Origin: Squalus acanthias
Taxonomy: Eukaryota
Direction: 5' to 3'
Length of the DNA stretch: 64,000 nucleotides
NCBI GenBank assembly: GCA_030390025.1
Contig: CM059438.1
Coordinates: 88,908,001-88,972,000 of the forward strand
In this document: positions 1 to 13,200 of the stretch, in pieces
Position numbering within the stretch: the first letter of the stretch is position 1
How the letters are laid out: each line of letters opens with the position of its first letter
The notes under the pieces: generated by a model
What the model saw: the letters and a program-made list of their open reading frames with translations, nothing else
The model's database searches: none
Told to the model about the DNA's origin: nothing
Program-made: the position numbers and the translations under genes

Positions 1-530
1 GGAATTTGGGACATTGGCTGAAAGGTTCTGTGAGTATGGTTATATCAGGCTGTTGCTTGACAAGTCTGTGGGACAGCTCTCCCAATTTTGGCACAAGTCC
101 CCAGATGTTGGTGAGGAGGACTTTGCAGGGTTGACTGGGCTGGGTGTGCCGTTGTCGTGTCCATAGCCAATGTCGAGGTCGAAGTCCATCCGGTTTTATT
201 CTTATTGTTTTTCTACAACTGAGTGTCTCGCTAGGCCATTTCAGAGGGCAGTTAAGAGTCAACCACATTGCTGTGGGTCTGGAGTCACATATAGGCCAGA
301 CCAGGTAAGGACGGCAGATTTCCTTCCCTAAAGGACATTAGTGAACCAGATGGGTTTTTACAACAATCCGATAGTTTCAGTACTGATACTAGCTTTTTAT
401 TCCAGATTTGTTCACATTACCTGAATTTAAATTCCCCCGCTGCCGTGGTGGGATTTGAACTCACTATCTCCAGCTCATTCGTCCAGGCCTAGATTACTAG
501 TCCCGTAACATAACCACTATGCTACTGTTC
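1..530 (-). mobile_element. 5' portion of a shark non-LTR retroelement with tRNA-like head
   Basis: Minus strand begins GTAGCATAGTGGTTA (A-box-like) and has GAGTTCAAATCC (B-box-like). Body resembles a common shark repeat. Confidence 0.6.
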
Positions 531-779
531 CTGATTATTTCAAACTCAAATTATTCATGGTGATTACACTGATATGAGAAGAGGAGCAATGTTTTGTTCT
601 CAATTATTCAATCAGGTGATTTGGACTTGCACAGACATTAAGGCCAAAGAGGAAGGCTCCTGAGTTGAAAGAGTTGTAATTTATGAGGGGGGAGTGGGAG
701 GTGGGGGGGGGGGGGGGGAGGGGAGAAGAAGGATTAACGGCAGTCATGGCAAAGGTCGGCTGTGTTAAACAGATCAGAA

Positions 780-2060
780 TACTTCATTGATAAATTTGAG
801 TTCTACACTCCCTTGCAGCTGTCACTGAGGAGTCCTCCTCCTGATGTCCTGCTGCACAATGTTCTGCCTCCAAAGCGGCTAGGGCCACCACCCCAGGAAT
901 CTGTATGTCCAGACCTTTTTGTGCAGGATACAAGAAGCTACTAATATGCAGGATACATAATCATAGATCATAGAATAATACAGCACAGGAGACCATTCGG
1001 CCCATCGAGTCTGCGCCGGCTCTTTCGAAGAGCAATCCAGTTAGTTCCACTCCCCCGCTCTTTCCCCATACCCCTGCAATTTTTTCTCTTTTAAGTATTT
1101 ATCCAATTCCCTTTTGAAGGCTACTATTGAATCTGTATCCACCACCCTATCAGGCAGTGCATTCCAAATCCTAACCACTCGTTGAGTAAAAAGGTTTTTC
1201 CTCATGTTGCCTCTGATTCTTTTGCCAATCACCTTAAATCTGTGCCCTCTGGTTTCAACCCTTCAGCCATTGGAAACAGTTTCTCTTTATTTACTCTATC
1301 TAACTCCTTCATGATTTTAAACACCTCAATCAAATCTCCTCTTAGCCTTCCCTGCTCCAAGCAGAACAACTCCAGCTTCTCTAGTCTATCCACGTAACTG
1401 TATTCCTGCATCCCTGGAACCATCAGGAGCATATTGCTGAGCCCTTAATGCTCTACCACAGCAGTGAAAGTGCCTCTTTAAGACCCCAATATTTCTCTCT
1501 ATGGCAATTCTGGTAGAAGCGTGTACCTCATGGTACCACTCCTTAGCTGCTGCTCTTGCAACTCTTGGGGGGCTGGGGAAGATCGGGAATCATTATCCAT
1601 GGCAGGATCGGTTACGTCTGGATTCCCACACACCATCTGTTGACTTGACTATCTTTTATGAAGAGCTCAAGGAGGGCAGAATTCCTGAGGGCAAAGGTGT
1701 CATTTCAGCCTCCAGCAAGTGTGACATTGACATAGAGGGTTCTTAATATATTTTCACACACAATCTGAACATTGTGAGTGTGGTATCCTTTTATATTAAG
1801 AAAATTGAGTGGGGACTAACTGCATCATTTTCACAGCCACAGGTAGCATATTCGAGCAGCTGATCTAGCCACGGATTTCCATGCAGAAGCTAACACAACT
1901 CTTCTACTGCCTCCTTGGTCAATCACACTCATCTCACGTAGAGCTTCTTACTCAAATCTTCATAGGATCTGCATGTCTTGTAAATTCTTTGGGGGAGGGG
2001 CATTATCTTGTAGGGAACATCTTCCAAAGATGCTGCTTCACTCTCCTTACCACCATCATA
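780..2060 (-). pseudogene. Decayed Harbinger/HARBI1-like transposase, interrupted by a CR1 insertion
   Basis: Manual minus-strand translation gives QRIYK..SYEDLS..LTKEAVEELC, LPVAVK, FLNIKGYHTHNVQIVC, NDTFALRNS, HASTRIAIERNIGVLKRHFHC..QYAP, then CILH...AREC after the CR1. Multiple stops and frameshifts. Confidence 0.8.
958..1425 (-). mobile_element. CR1-type LINE 3' fragment
   Basis: ORFs RLRGDLIEVFKI and FTQRVVRIWNALP are the CR1 ORF2 C-terminus. (ATTCTATG)-like tail at ~960-980. Confidence 0.92.
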
Positions 2061-2339
2061 TACTGCCGTGCTGCCTTCTCCGTTATAACGGCAAACTAAG
2101 GACTGCCCATTGGGAATCTCACATTTGGTATTCGGAACCTCTTACTGTGGGTGGGGGCAAAAATACCTCTGTGGTCTTTCAGCTGGTCAGAGACAAGTGG
2201 TCTAAAGCAAAAAATATCACTGCAAAAGCATTTTTCTAGCTCCAGTAATTAGTGTTTACATTTTCTTCCGCCTTCAAAATAAAATCTCAATTGTTACTGA
2301 CAATGGGTACGCCTCATTTAAATAATTCCTAATTAGCAT

Positions 2340-2905
2340 TGGCATTCAGGGGTGATGTTAGGAAGCATTCTTCACACAAAGGGTAGTGGAAATCTGGAAA
2401 ACTCTCCCCCAAAAAGCTGTTGAGGCTAGATCAATTGAAAATTTCAAAACGGAGATCAATAGACATTTGTTCGGTAGGGGTATTAAGGGACACGGAATCA
2501 AGGTGGGTAAATGGAATTAAGATATAGATCAGCCATGATCTAATTGGAAAAAAAAGACTTGCATTTAAGAACGTAAGAACATAAGAAATAGGAGCAGGAG
2601 TAGGCCAATCGGCCCCTCGAGCCTGCTCCGCCATTCAATATTATCATGGCTGATCTGATCCTCACCTCAAATCTAAAGAACACAAGAAGTAGGAGCAGGA
2701 CCCGGCCACTCAGCCCCTGGGCCCGCTCCGCCACCCACAGGGCCTCGATATATATAGTGCCTTTCACGACCACTGGATGTCCCAAAGCGCTTTACAGCTA
2801 ATGAAGTACTTTTTGAAGTGTAGTTACTGTTGTAATGTAGGAAACATTACAATGGCAGAACAGGCTCGAGGGGCTGAATGGTCTATGCCTGTTCCCATGT
2901 TCCAT
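2340..2905 (+). mobile_element. CR1 3' end containing a nested Deu-domain SINE fragment, itself containing CR1-tail-like inserts
   Basis: CR1 tail cagccatgatctaattg resumes as aatggcagaacaggctcgagg after ~2850. SINE tail gacttgcattta...tatagtgcctttc is split by 2567-2750. Confidence 0.75.
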
Positions 2906-3099
2906 TCTGATTTGGCATATTTCTGGGGCACTATTTCAGTGCTCCTACATTCCATAAGGTTCTGGGTAGGACCGTTTCCAACCAGTTTCTGCCCTTTTAA
3001 AGCAGCAGCCTAACTTGTGATCTCCATGGAGGCTCCCTATGGGTTATTTAAATACATTTAAACGATGGCCTAAAGCATTGGCACACTGAAATCCCACAA

Positions 3100-3272
3100 G
3101 TGAAAATGATGTAGTTAATCCCCACTCAATTTTCTTAATAAAAAGAGATACCGCTCACAGTATCCAGATTATGTGTGCCAATATATAAAGTACCCTCTAT
3201 AGCAATGCCATTATTTGCTGGAGGCTGCCATGATGCCTTTGCCCTCAGGAATTCTGCCCTCCTGGGATTTCA
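3100..3272 (+). mobile_element. Harbinger transposase fragment, inverted relative of 1660-1835
   Basis: gtgaaaatgatgtagttaatccccactcaattttcttaata...tttgccctcaggaattctgccctcct closely matches the reverse complement of 1670-1835. Encodes GGCHDAFALRNS. Confidence 0.75.
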
Positions 3273-3409
3273 GCATGTCAATGCTATAGGCCCTCATTTA
3301 AATATATTAAACAGTTCAAGGAAAGTTATGGCACCTTATGCCCGTTTACACAGAGGGTTTGAAATATGTCTAAGTGAAGGAATGCTCTTCAAGGAAGTCA
3401 GAACAAATA

Positions 3410-3665
3410 AATTAACTTGCATTTATAAAGTGTCTTTTATGACTTCAGGATGTCCTAAAGGGCTTCACAGCCAGAGGTACTTTTCATGAATTGTAGTCAT
3501 GGTTGTAATGTGGAAAACCTGACAGTCAATTAGCACACAGCAAGATCCCACTAACAGTAATGAGATAAATGGCCAGATGATCTGTTTTCGTGTTGTTGGT
3601 TGAGGCATAAATGTTGGCCAGGGCACCAGGAGAACTTACCTGCACCACTTCAAATAAATGATGGG
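3410..3665 (-). mobile_element. Deu-domain SINE (SacSINE1/AmnSINE-like) fragment
   Basis: cacagcaagatcccac core and aacttgcatttata L2-like tail. Homologous to 31690-31925. Confidence 0.7.
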
Positions 3666-4491
3666 AGTCATCACAAAAATGCTGGAGTGTGGGTGAATGA
3701 TTGGACCTGGAGGTCACATTTTTGGGCGGTGTGTGTGAGGCACGCAGTGAGGATGGGAGAACATTGCAGCAAGGGAAGGTAAACAATGTGAAGGGCATGG
3801 TGCTGTGGAACACAGTGCCACAACCTTGGACTCTTCAGGAAATTTAAACCTCACCAGTTTATACTTAATACCCAGGAGTGAGCCTTTGGCTTATTGGTAG
3901 CCTGCGAGTCAGAAGGTGCAGGGTTCAAACCTTGCGCCAGAGTGTCTGAAATCTATGTTGGCATTCAGTAGGATATTTGTGTCGGTGGGTGTGTGTGGCC
4001 CTCCCTCATTGTATGAGTTGTGGGAGCCCATAAAAACCCTACCACCATAAAGGACTAACCACCCTAGCAGCTGTTGGTTACAGCCATGGAAGGAGCGTTG
4101 TGGTCTGCCAGACTGTTAATCAGCCAAGAAATCCTTCCACGTCTTCACACTATCCTCCAAGGGAAGGGTGTGAAGATACAAAAAACAAAGCAAATAGCCA
4201 AGCTTGACGGATACTGTAAGTGACATTCCTATGAGCAATGTGGTAATATATTACGAACAGATCTCCTGTGGCATTGCTCACATTAAGTCAGAGGAGATAC
4301 TAATTGAAAGCAATAGATGTATCAGCATGATGAGACACAAATTCTGTTTTTATTGCATGATAGTCATTTTTAGCAGTGCTGTGGCGATTCAATTCTGTAC
4401 CATGTGAATTTTACTGTGAAAACTATGACTGGCTATGATTATTATTGTATGTTCCTATATCCCTGTTTGATTTTTATCCCTACATTGGCTC

Positions 4492-4633
4492 CAGTGTTCC
4501 CTGCAACTTTGTTTGGAGCTGCACGGCCCTTTAACGGGCTGTGCAGCCCATTCAATATACCACGCATGCACGGTTTTTCTGTTTAAAAGCCAGCAAGCCG
4601 GATGCGCGGCCATGCAGCTTAAAGAGAACATTG
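4492..4633. mobile_element. hAT-type MITE with perfect 8-bp TSD (attggctc), inserted in an L2 fragment
   Basis: Ends cagtgttccc / gagaacattg. attggctc at 4484-4491 and 4634-4641. Confidence 0.88.
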
Positions 4634-4992
4634 ATTGGCTCCTGGTCCGGCAATGCCTCAATTTTAAAATTCTCATCCGTGCGTACAAATCTCTTCATGG
4701 CCTCGCTCCTCCCCATCTCCGTAACCTCCTATAACCCTCAGATTTCTGCACTTCTCCAATTCTGGCCTCTTCCCCGATTTGTATCCCTCTACCATTGGTG
4801 GCTGTACCTTCAGTTGCCTAGGTCCTAAGCTCTCTGCCTCTCTCCTTCTTTAAATCATTCCTTAAAACCTACCTCACTTGTCCGAATATCTCTTTACATA
4901 ACTCAGTGTCAAACTTTGTCTGATGACACTCCTCTAAAACACCAGGGGATGTTTTTACGTTAAAATCGCTATATAAATGCAAGTTGTTGTTG
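4634..4992 (+). mobile_element. L2-type LINE 3' fragment
   Basis: LHWL.V.Q.L.FKILI..YKSLHGLAPP.L motif; tail cgctatataaatgcaagttgttgttg. Confidence 0.8.
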
Positions 4993-5359
4993 TCACCATT
5001 TTTGAAGTCCAGGATAGAGGCATATGGTAGGCAACATGCAGCAAATCCGGTTTAGCAGAAATGTGGACTTGGTTGTGGAATTTTCAAACAGCTGTAAGGG
5101 CTGTTGGGCTTTGGTAGTATTGGGGTTGGTTATGGAGCATGGTAAAGGCTGAATCTAGTTTGGTAGGACTGGGGTTGGGGGTGTAATGTGGTGTTTGACT
5201 GCTAGGGTCTTGCAGCAATGTGTGGGGTCTCATGGAACAATAGGGGCAGGAGACCTTTGAGGGCATGGCAATACTATGGTGGGGGAAAAGGAAGATAAGT
5301 CCCAGGGTCCTTGAGGACTGACTAAGGGGAGGTACCAGGGTCTGTCAGTACTGGGTCCT

Positions 5360-5645
5360 GATGTTCAATAACAAGGGGGCATAGTCGCAGGATAAGAGGT
5401 AGGCCATTTAAGAGAGATGAGGAGGAATTTCTTCACTCAGGGTTGTGAATCTTTGGAATTCTCTGCCCCAGAGGGCTGTGAATGCCGAGTCTGTGAGTAT
5501 ATTCAAGGCTGAGATAGATAGAGTTTTGGAATCAAGGGATATGGAGATTGGGCAGGAAAGTGGAGTTGAGGTCGATAATCAGCCATGATCTTATTGAATG
5601 GTGGAGCAGGTTCAAGGGGCCGTATGGCCTACTCCTGCTCTTATA
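5360..5645 (+). mobile_element. CR1 3' fragment
   Basis: gatgaggaggaatttcttcactcag...cagccatgatcttattgaatggtggagcagg; highly similar to 39725-40020. Confidence 0.88.
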
Positions 5646-6565
5646 ATACTGAGAGTAGTACTCGGAAGGGGGCTCCTAGGGTATGAAGAAACAAGGGGAT
5701 GCATAGGGAAGGAAGTCCTAAAGCACTTAAGAGGGAAATTCCAGTCTTGGAGTATTGGGAGAGTAGACCCAGGGTCTGTAAGCTTGCTGGGGTTCAGAAA
5801 TCCTAACGAGGGGTGTCCCTTGGGAGCAAGAACTTTGAGGTGACAGGATCTGACACCATTTGTGAGGGGGGGGGGAAAGAGAAGAGGCAGAATGTGGCAG
5901 CTAAGAGGGGAACGAGTGCCCAAAAGAATCTGGACTGTTTCACCTGGACCATTCCAGGCCATCATACACCTCCAAACTACGTTCAGACTGTGAACCTAGT
6001 TCCTGGTCTGAAGCCGGCTTTAAGCTGAAAAATCACTCATACTGTACCTGCTGACTGTATATTTATTCTATAAATAACAAAGCTGTAATTAATTATAATG
6101 TTTACAATTAAACAATATAGGTGTAATTATGTTCTTAAAGACAAACAAATGCAGGTGTAATTAGCCTGCTTTGCTTAAGTGAATTTTTTTCCAAATTAAA
6201 TTGTTTGCCTTTTAAAGAAAATTCCCTCCATACTAAGATCCGTACTGTTTCTTCAATGGCAGCCTCTGTTTCTTTCAGTTTAACATGTTTTAAGTTTTTA
6301 AAAAGCTTTAATTTAAATGTTTTGTTGAAAACCTCTTAGGTTAATCGTCCATTGTTTATTCCAATTATTTTCAAAAGCACATAAAATGAAATACTAGCCT
6401 ACACAAAGACAATTTGACTTATCCACATGAAACAGTGGGTAAATCAAATTGGAATCCAAACACAAAAGGCTGCCACAGGTGCGTAATAAGCATGATCTAT
6501 CATGGTTGTAGCAGATCTCATTATACATCTCTCTCACACACCTGTCTCTCTCAAAAAAGACATAT

Positions 6566-7236
6566 GGGGGAATTTTAACCTTAAAAAAGGGTGGTTTTGG
6601 AGCATGTGGTAGTTAAATTGTTAAAAATCGGATTCCCGATCTGAACCCACCTCCAACCTACCCACTGCAGGTTTTAACAGAGCGGGATGGGGGGCGGGCA
6701 GCTAACCCGCTCCCAGGAGGCGGGACATCAATTTCAGTATTATAGTGAGGCTGGAAGCCTCTTCTTTAACCTCCATTTTGTTTTTAATTACATCTGGTCG
6801 GGTTTTACAATACTTCGTAAAACCAGGCAGTTGCAGCAAGGTGGGGACTGCTGGATCCAGGGTCCCTTCCTCACACACCCCATGCGATCAGACCCCTCAC
6901 GAGGTCTCTGATCGCCTTCCCGGACACCTCCCCCCCCCAACCCCAACGATGATCCTGAGGCCGGCCCGATCCTCTGGTGACTGACTCCAGTCTCCTCTTG
7001 CCGCCAGCCCCCCCCCCCCCCACCCCCTATACTCCAGTGGTAGGCCCCGATCTCTTGCTTGCCTCCCCACCCCCGCTCTTGTGCTTAAACCCCCCGCCTC
7101 TCCATCTGGCTGCGGTTGGGAAACAGAGACTTCAGATGCAAATCAGGCCCTGCCGTTAAAGTCGGCAGGGTATGCGGAAAACCCATTCTCTCGGGTTTCC
7201 CGCCCCCAACCCGCCTTCCCCATGAAAATCTAGCCC
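6566..7236. mobile_element. Non-autonomous TIR element with C-rich interior (same family as 45576-46694, opposite orientation)
   Basis: Ends gggggaatttt / aaaatctagccc. Both terminal ~90-bp segments match the reverse complement of the ends of 45576-46694. Confidence 0.7.
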
Positions 7237-10200
7237 ATAGACGTTACCTGAATAAAGGTTTTCAGATTTGCCCTCTAGCTTTTGTCAAATAATTTTGAAC
7301 AACCAACCAAATACAGTTCGATGCTCAGAGAAACATTTTTCAGTTGGTCTGGCAAAATGCTACTGATGCAATCTGGGAAATTGTACACGCTGCACATGCT
7401 CAGACTACAGGATCCGCCTTCAGCTGAAAGAGTCATAGTTCTGGACACAATATCATGTCTAAGTCAATGCTTTTGCAAAGGGTTGAGGGCTTCAAGTATT
7501 GATGTATTCAACATACAGCTTTATAAAGTTTTACAGTGTTGTGAAATATGTAATTTTTAGTAACTATTTTATATTGCAAACCCTTTTTTGGATATTAGCA
7601 ATGTCAGTTACTGAGAAAACGGTGGATAAATATTCCACCCCCCCCCCCCCGCCACCAAAGTGTTTTGAGTAATTCAATTTGTTCACCTTTCTTCTTTTAT
7701 TGGTAGGTCCCTCAGCATGACAGGTCATTCAGGATTATTTGGTTTTATAAATCCTTAGTAATTTTGCATTGCCAGTTTTCTAGCTGTTTTTCTTGCTTTT
7801 GATTTGTACATTCTCTACCTCTAGTTCATTTTACTTCGAGCCAGTCAACTAAGTGTTACAGGAAGGAAGTGATACAGACAGGAAGTGTGTGCTATATGCA
7901 AGACTTTTAAATTTTTCTAAATGTAAAAAAAAGTTATTTACAAAAGATTTTAGTATATGTAACAGTTGCATAGGGATGGCTGCGGGATTAGTATGATACA
8001 TCTCTCAGTTCAAGTAATTTATCGACAGGTTCTAATTCAACGACAGGAAAAGAACTCCACACATTTAGTCTTGACATTTTCAAATTAGCTGTTTAATTAA
8101 GCTTTTTCATTTTTGTTTCAAGCTAGGATTTGTTCATTTAAACCTTTAGAAAGGGAAATTAAAAGTCAAGTTGCATTTATGGCGGTGTTTACTCTTTTTA
8201 CGTTTGGCAAAACTCATTGAATAATAAAAAAAATCCTGTTAAATCACAAGCTGAAGTGCAAGCTTTCTGCTGTCACAGAATGAAATGTCTAAATATTTTG
8301 TATTTTTTTCCCCCCATGGAGGGTTGCTGATTCCTTAGGTAAGTTTTGCTCCATCCTTCTGGACACCGAAATGCACTTTGATCTTCCATTGCCGCTTTGG
8401 TCTCGTTCCTTCTGCTCGAGTTGATGGCTGCTAGATAGCGGTGATGCAATTCTTTAAGCAAGTTTTCAAAGTAAACTGTGTATTTCATGATACCTGCAGT
8501 TACACAAGTTCAGTCCTAATCAATCATGTCAGGTGCTGTGTCCTATTAGAGTGCTCCAAGGTGCAGAGAACAGTAGGGTTGCCACCTTTGGCAAGTCCAA
8601 AGTCACATGCGGATGGCAACATGAGGATAGCTCGATGGCTTTGGCTCTCATGTTTCCTTTGCTGATGACGACAATCATTTACAATCTTATTAACACCTTC
8701 CGGTCTTAAAACACAGAAGTGAGAAGGAAGGAAGAGATTTTAATTTATAATTTCTTTTTTAGATTTTTGGTGTCTAGTTTGCATTCAGAAATTTCTAGAC
8801 AGCTCATTTCAAAACCAGACAGGTGACGACGCCAGTGAGGCAGTGTTTTGTAAAACTGTTAATGTTTCAAATACAGTATCTTTTTATGCAAAAAATATAT
8901 CTATAATTGTTTTGTTGGTGTACTTTCCCCACCCTTGTAAATGTGTTTTTTTCCCCACTTTCTTTGTCAGCTCTTGCCTCCTTGTTGTCACAAGGGTAAA
9001 CGTGTGAACAGGAGGCGGAAAATCTCTCTCACGCTGGCACGTTGACCCAACGTCCACCTCTATCAAAAAATCACCGACTCAGATTCTCCCTTTAAAAGGT
9101 TCAGTTAGAGTCTGGAGTGTTCTCTGCTGATATTTCTGTTGTCACAGTTTGCATACATTTTTTGAATCCTTTTCAAAAACATCCACTTCCCACCAAATTG
9201 CTTATTTTAAAAATATATGATTTTTTTTTTCCCATTGCAATTTTAATAAAATACAATTCGAGTTTACAGGTGGCCCTATGTATTTGGAACGTTACCATGC
9301 TTTACTCACACTGTCACTACTCACTCTGCACCCCAGGCAGTGAAGTGCAATGACTTCAGTACTCTCGATGAGTTGGCTCCTTTAACAGGACAGTTTGCTC
9401 AGCTCAGTTATATAAAAATTGCTAGGTTTGGTCAATGAGACAAAAAAATCTGCCCCGAGCATATTTCTTTTAGGCCTGTAAGGACCAATTTGTGCATATG
9501 TAAAACATGATATGGATACCTATAAAAGGAGATAGGTGGTCCATTTTTCTATACATGGTACAAACAAAAGTTAATCAAGTTAAATTTAGACTCCAGTACA
9601 CCTAATTCCCTCCCCACCCCACCCGTTCAATTTTTTCTACTGTTTTGTTCCTTGGCAAGACTCGAGGAACACTTGTAATGAGTTTTTCAGTAGAAATCAC
9701 ATGGTCAAGGTGAGGGACAACCAGTTTTGATTAAATATTTGTCTGGCTTCCTTATTTAGATATAAATCAGCATTTCCTGTTTTTATTTCAGATTTCCAGG
9801 ATTTTTCCAGGTTTTCATTTGATCCGATACCTATACCATGTTTTACATGTGGGGGGTGTGTGTGTGGGGGGAGGGGGGGGCTTCAATATTATTCCCTAAA
9901 ACATATAAACGGCACAGCATTTACAGTTGTATAAACTGGAACATTCATGTTGGCACATTTTACAGGGTAAGATAATCCTTTTAAAAACAAAATTAACTCA
10001 GTGCTCAGAAACAAGGCATAACAAAAGTGCACATTTATAATATTTATATGTATAAAATTAAAAAAGCCGCATTTAAGGCTTTAATTGGCTATTTCTGGAG
10101 GTCAAAAGTGGCTAAGAAGAAAGTTACACTATTAAAAAAAAGCAAATATAAATTTCATGTGTAAGCAACAAGTAACATTTGTAATCTTCAACCCAAAAAA

Positions 10201-13200
10201 AGGAAACAACTTTTTAACCAGTTGCTTTTTCGACAAAGTTTTTGTTAAAATGATTTGCTCTAAAATATTTACACAATGAAAGGGACCAAAAGACAGTAAA
10301 ATATTAATCATAACATTCCTCTTTCTGGCTCATGTTGTATGGTATACAACAAGAATCTATAGGCAAAGAACAAAATGAGTATGGATTCCTCAAGTTACCA
10401 TGACGTTGCTGTGAGAAAGCATGAAACCAATGAACTTCTGATGCCAGCTAATGCACATGCTAAAACAGGATCCTTGAATTCATCAGTAAAATAAGTCATT
10501 TCTAAAACATTCTAATTGTTTCTGCTCCTCAAATACCACCGCAGTCTATCATGAGTATTACAAATATTCACATAAACCTTGACAATAGTATACTGTCCAT
10601 CAAGATTTACATTGCGAAATCCAATTCATTTTTAACAATCAGCCATTAATTAAGCCTTCTTAAATGCAAAACGATCATTTCAAATTTTCCCTAATACAAG
10701 GATAGAAGGCTTGATGACTGCTAGTTTTATAGTGCATTGTAAAAAGAGTTGATGTTGTAGCAGTTTGTGAAGAGCAGTTTCTCTGTAAACTTGAGCTGGC
10801 AGCCAATGGACTCAATTCTCAATACTTGCCATCTTTCCTGGGTTTTCATATGTTAAGTTTTGTAAAACATTTAAATCCCCGTTCCAGTTGGACACTGCTA
10901 AAGGTCTGATGATCTATCATCAATCATTTTAAAACACATAGCCCATAATGACCACCCATACTGAGTTCACAAACAACGGAGTCTAAAAGAGCATTATATT
11001 GTGACAATATGTGTGGACTTTTGCTTGTTTTATGTTAAGATGATTGATTTTGGTCAAGAGATCAAAGGGGCCATTTTATCCTAGATCTGAGGGGTTAATT
11101 GTTTTCTATTGCAAAATATTTTTTCCCTCGTTAGATGAACCGTTTGATCAAACCTGATAATTGGATTTTTAGTTATTCAGTTGAATTTGTATTATGCTTT
11201 CAACAGTGTAAATTGTGTCTGGTTCCCTACTTGTATATGTTCATATTGTTTGTAGTATTTGTATTTCTGAATGTAATCTTAAATTCCTCTGAAAACCTGA
11301 CATTAAATTAATGAATAGCCCTGGAGTCCTTGCGACTTCTGGTGAGAAATCACATAGAAGGCTCACTTTTAACTCCCTTCTTGGGTGGGGGGGGGGGGGG
11401 GGGGGGGGGGGGCGGGGGGAAGAGATGATTTTGACATGATACTTCACATTGATACTGAAAGTGGTACAAGATATAAACAAGTGAATTTGCCAAAGACAGA
11501 CCTTTAAAGAAACTTTCTTTGTATACACAAAGTTGTTCTTAAAACAGGCAACTAATTCATTTAAGATATTTCTCAATTGGTTATGTATTGTATTATACAA
11601 ATAAATTGCCAAATTTTTGTGCATTCATTGTAAATAAATTACATTAGTGCCCATAGTCTATAAAATAAAAAACCTCGAGTATATGTTTTACATATTCAAT
11701 CCAAAGCGAGTGCAATATAGTTAAATCCAGTAAGAAGATTAACACAATTTGGGTAATTTTAATCCACATCTCTGTAAAGGCAAATTACGGAAAAAAAAGT
11801 TTCCAGATTAAAAGTGACAAGGTTCATTTATGCGAAGTGTTGTGAAACCAGTGCAAGAAAGAGCAGTTCAATAAACTGATATAGTTGACAGAAGAAAAAA
11901 TACAAGTTAAGCAAAAACACAGATAATTAGTTTGTAGGAAAAGCAAGCTGCAGAAGACGGGGAGACCAAACTAATTTAGCAAAAGCCAACTCAGTAAGTA
12001 ATTTTGAACTGTTGAGAATATCACTAAGAAAATTTGAAGTTGCCTCAATTACTTTTCCCTGGAGTATAACACAGGGTATGTTTGGATATTAGAAACTCAT
12101 CAGAGCCTCAAAGACACAGCAGATAGCTGCTATTTTTTTAACATCTTGGGAACAGTTCTTGACTTTATAAGACAGCAGGCGGGAGGAGCACTAGCATTTC
12201 TAACACAACTTCTACAGCAACTTAAGAAATGTAAATAACTGTCCAAAAATACGCCTTGTAACTGGCTGCAGGCATCCTAAATGCCAATCATCTACTGGCT
12301 CGTTGACATTTTAAATATCCAGTAGCTGTCACAAAGGCAAAAAAGGACTGGCTCCTTCATAAAACCATCACCTGTGCCAGAATTTAATTATACCTGTATC
12401 TACCTCTGTGAATGGAAATTAGTGGCATGCATTTTTTAATATTCCAATGCACGAGAATAGCAACCTTCCAAGTGCCACATTACTGTACAGTAGATCTCAA
12501 TTGCATAGTGTATAATTATATGTAACTATTTAAAAGTATTTGGGGGAAAAAATAATGCAACTGGGTGAATCTAACAGGGAGATATATCACTGCTGGATTA
12601 AAACATAGGACTGGATTTGCTCTCGGAAAGCTGGCAAGTATAGATCTGTGGGTCCTGGGGGAGGAATAATGTGCAAACAAGTGTACAAGGCAAAGTGAAA
12701 AGCCATACACAGTGACAGTCAATTAAAATCACACCAAAGCAATATGTTTTTTCTTCCTTTTTAGTTTTGGCTCTCCTGTTCCAGTGTAATGCGCTATTTT
12801 GGCTGGGTCCATTTCCATGATTCAGTGGGTGCACAACAGCTTAATTTTCAATAATGAATCTGAATTGCTTTACATGATTTCTGAATCTACTTTCTTGGTA
12901 AGTAACAGCACTGCATGTTTGGAGGAAAGCCAATGTTTCACCCCACTCCAGGGCAGTGTGTAAAACTGACGATGCCATTGCCAACACAATGCTTCCCTCC
13001 ACTATTCTCACCTTAAAATAAAGCTCTCAAGCGATTCAGGGAACCTTATTTACAGAGCTCCCAATTACACTGGGAACAATACACCAGGAGAGCTTCAACT
13101 CTGCAATTCAAATCTCCCGAAAATCCCTTCGGCAGTGGCTTTTGAATTGGGCTTTTGTATCGTTTCCAAATGAATTTCAACAATTTATTAATTTTTAAAC

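Noticed and set aside
762-944. Plus-strand exon-like segment (cag|CTGTCACTG...GAATCT|gtatgt, Pro-rich)
   Set aside because: Better explained as the antisense strand of the Harbinger transposase C-terminal relic; no matching host protein recognised.
8273-8488. 71-aa minus-strand ORF MKYTVYFENLL...
   Set aside because: No recognisable homology and no supporting exon chain.
8575-8623. tagggttgcca...tggcaac, resembling hAT-Blackjack termini
   Set aside because: Too short, and no 8-bp TSD found.
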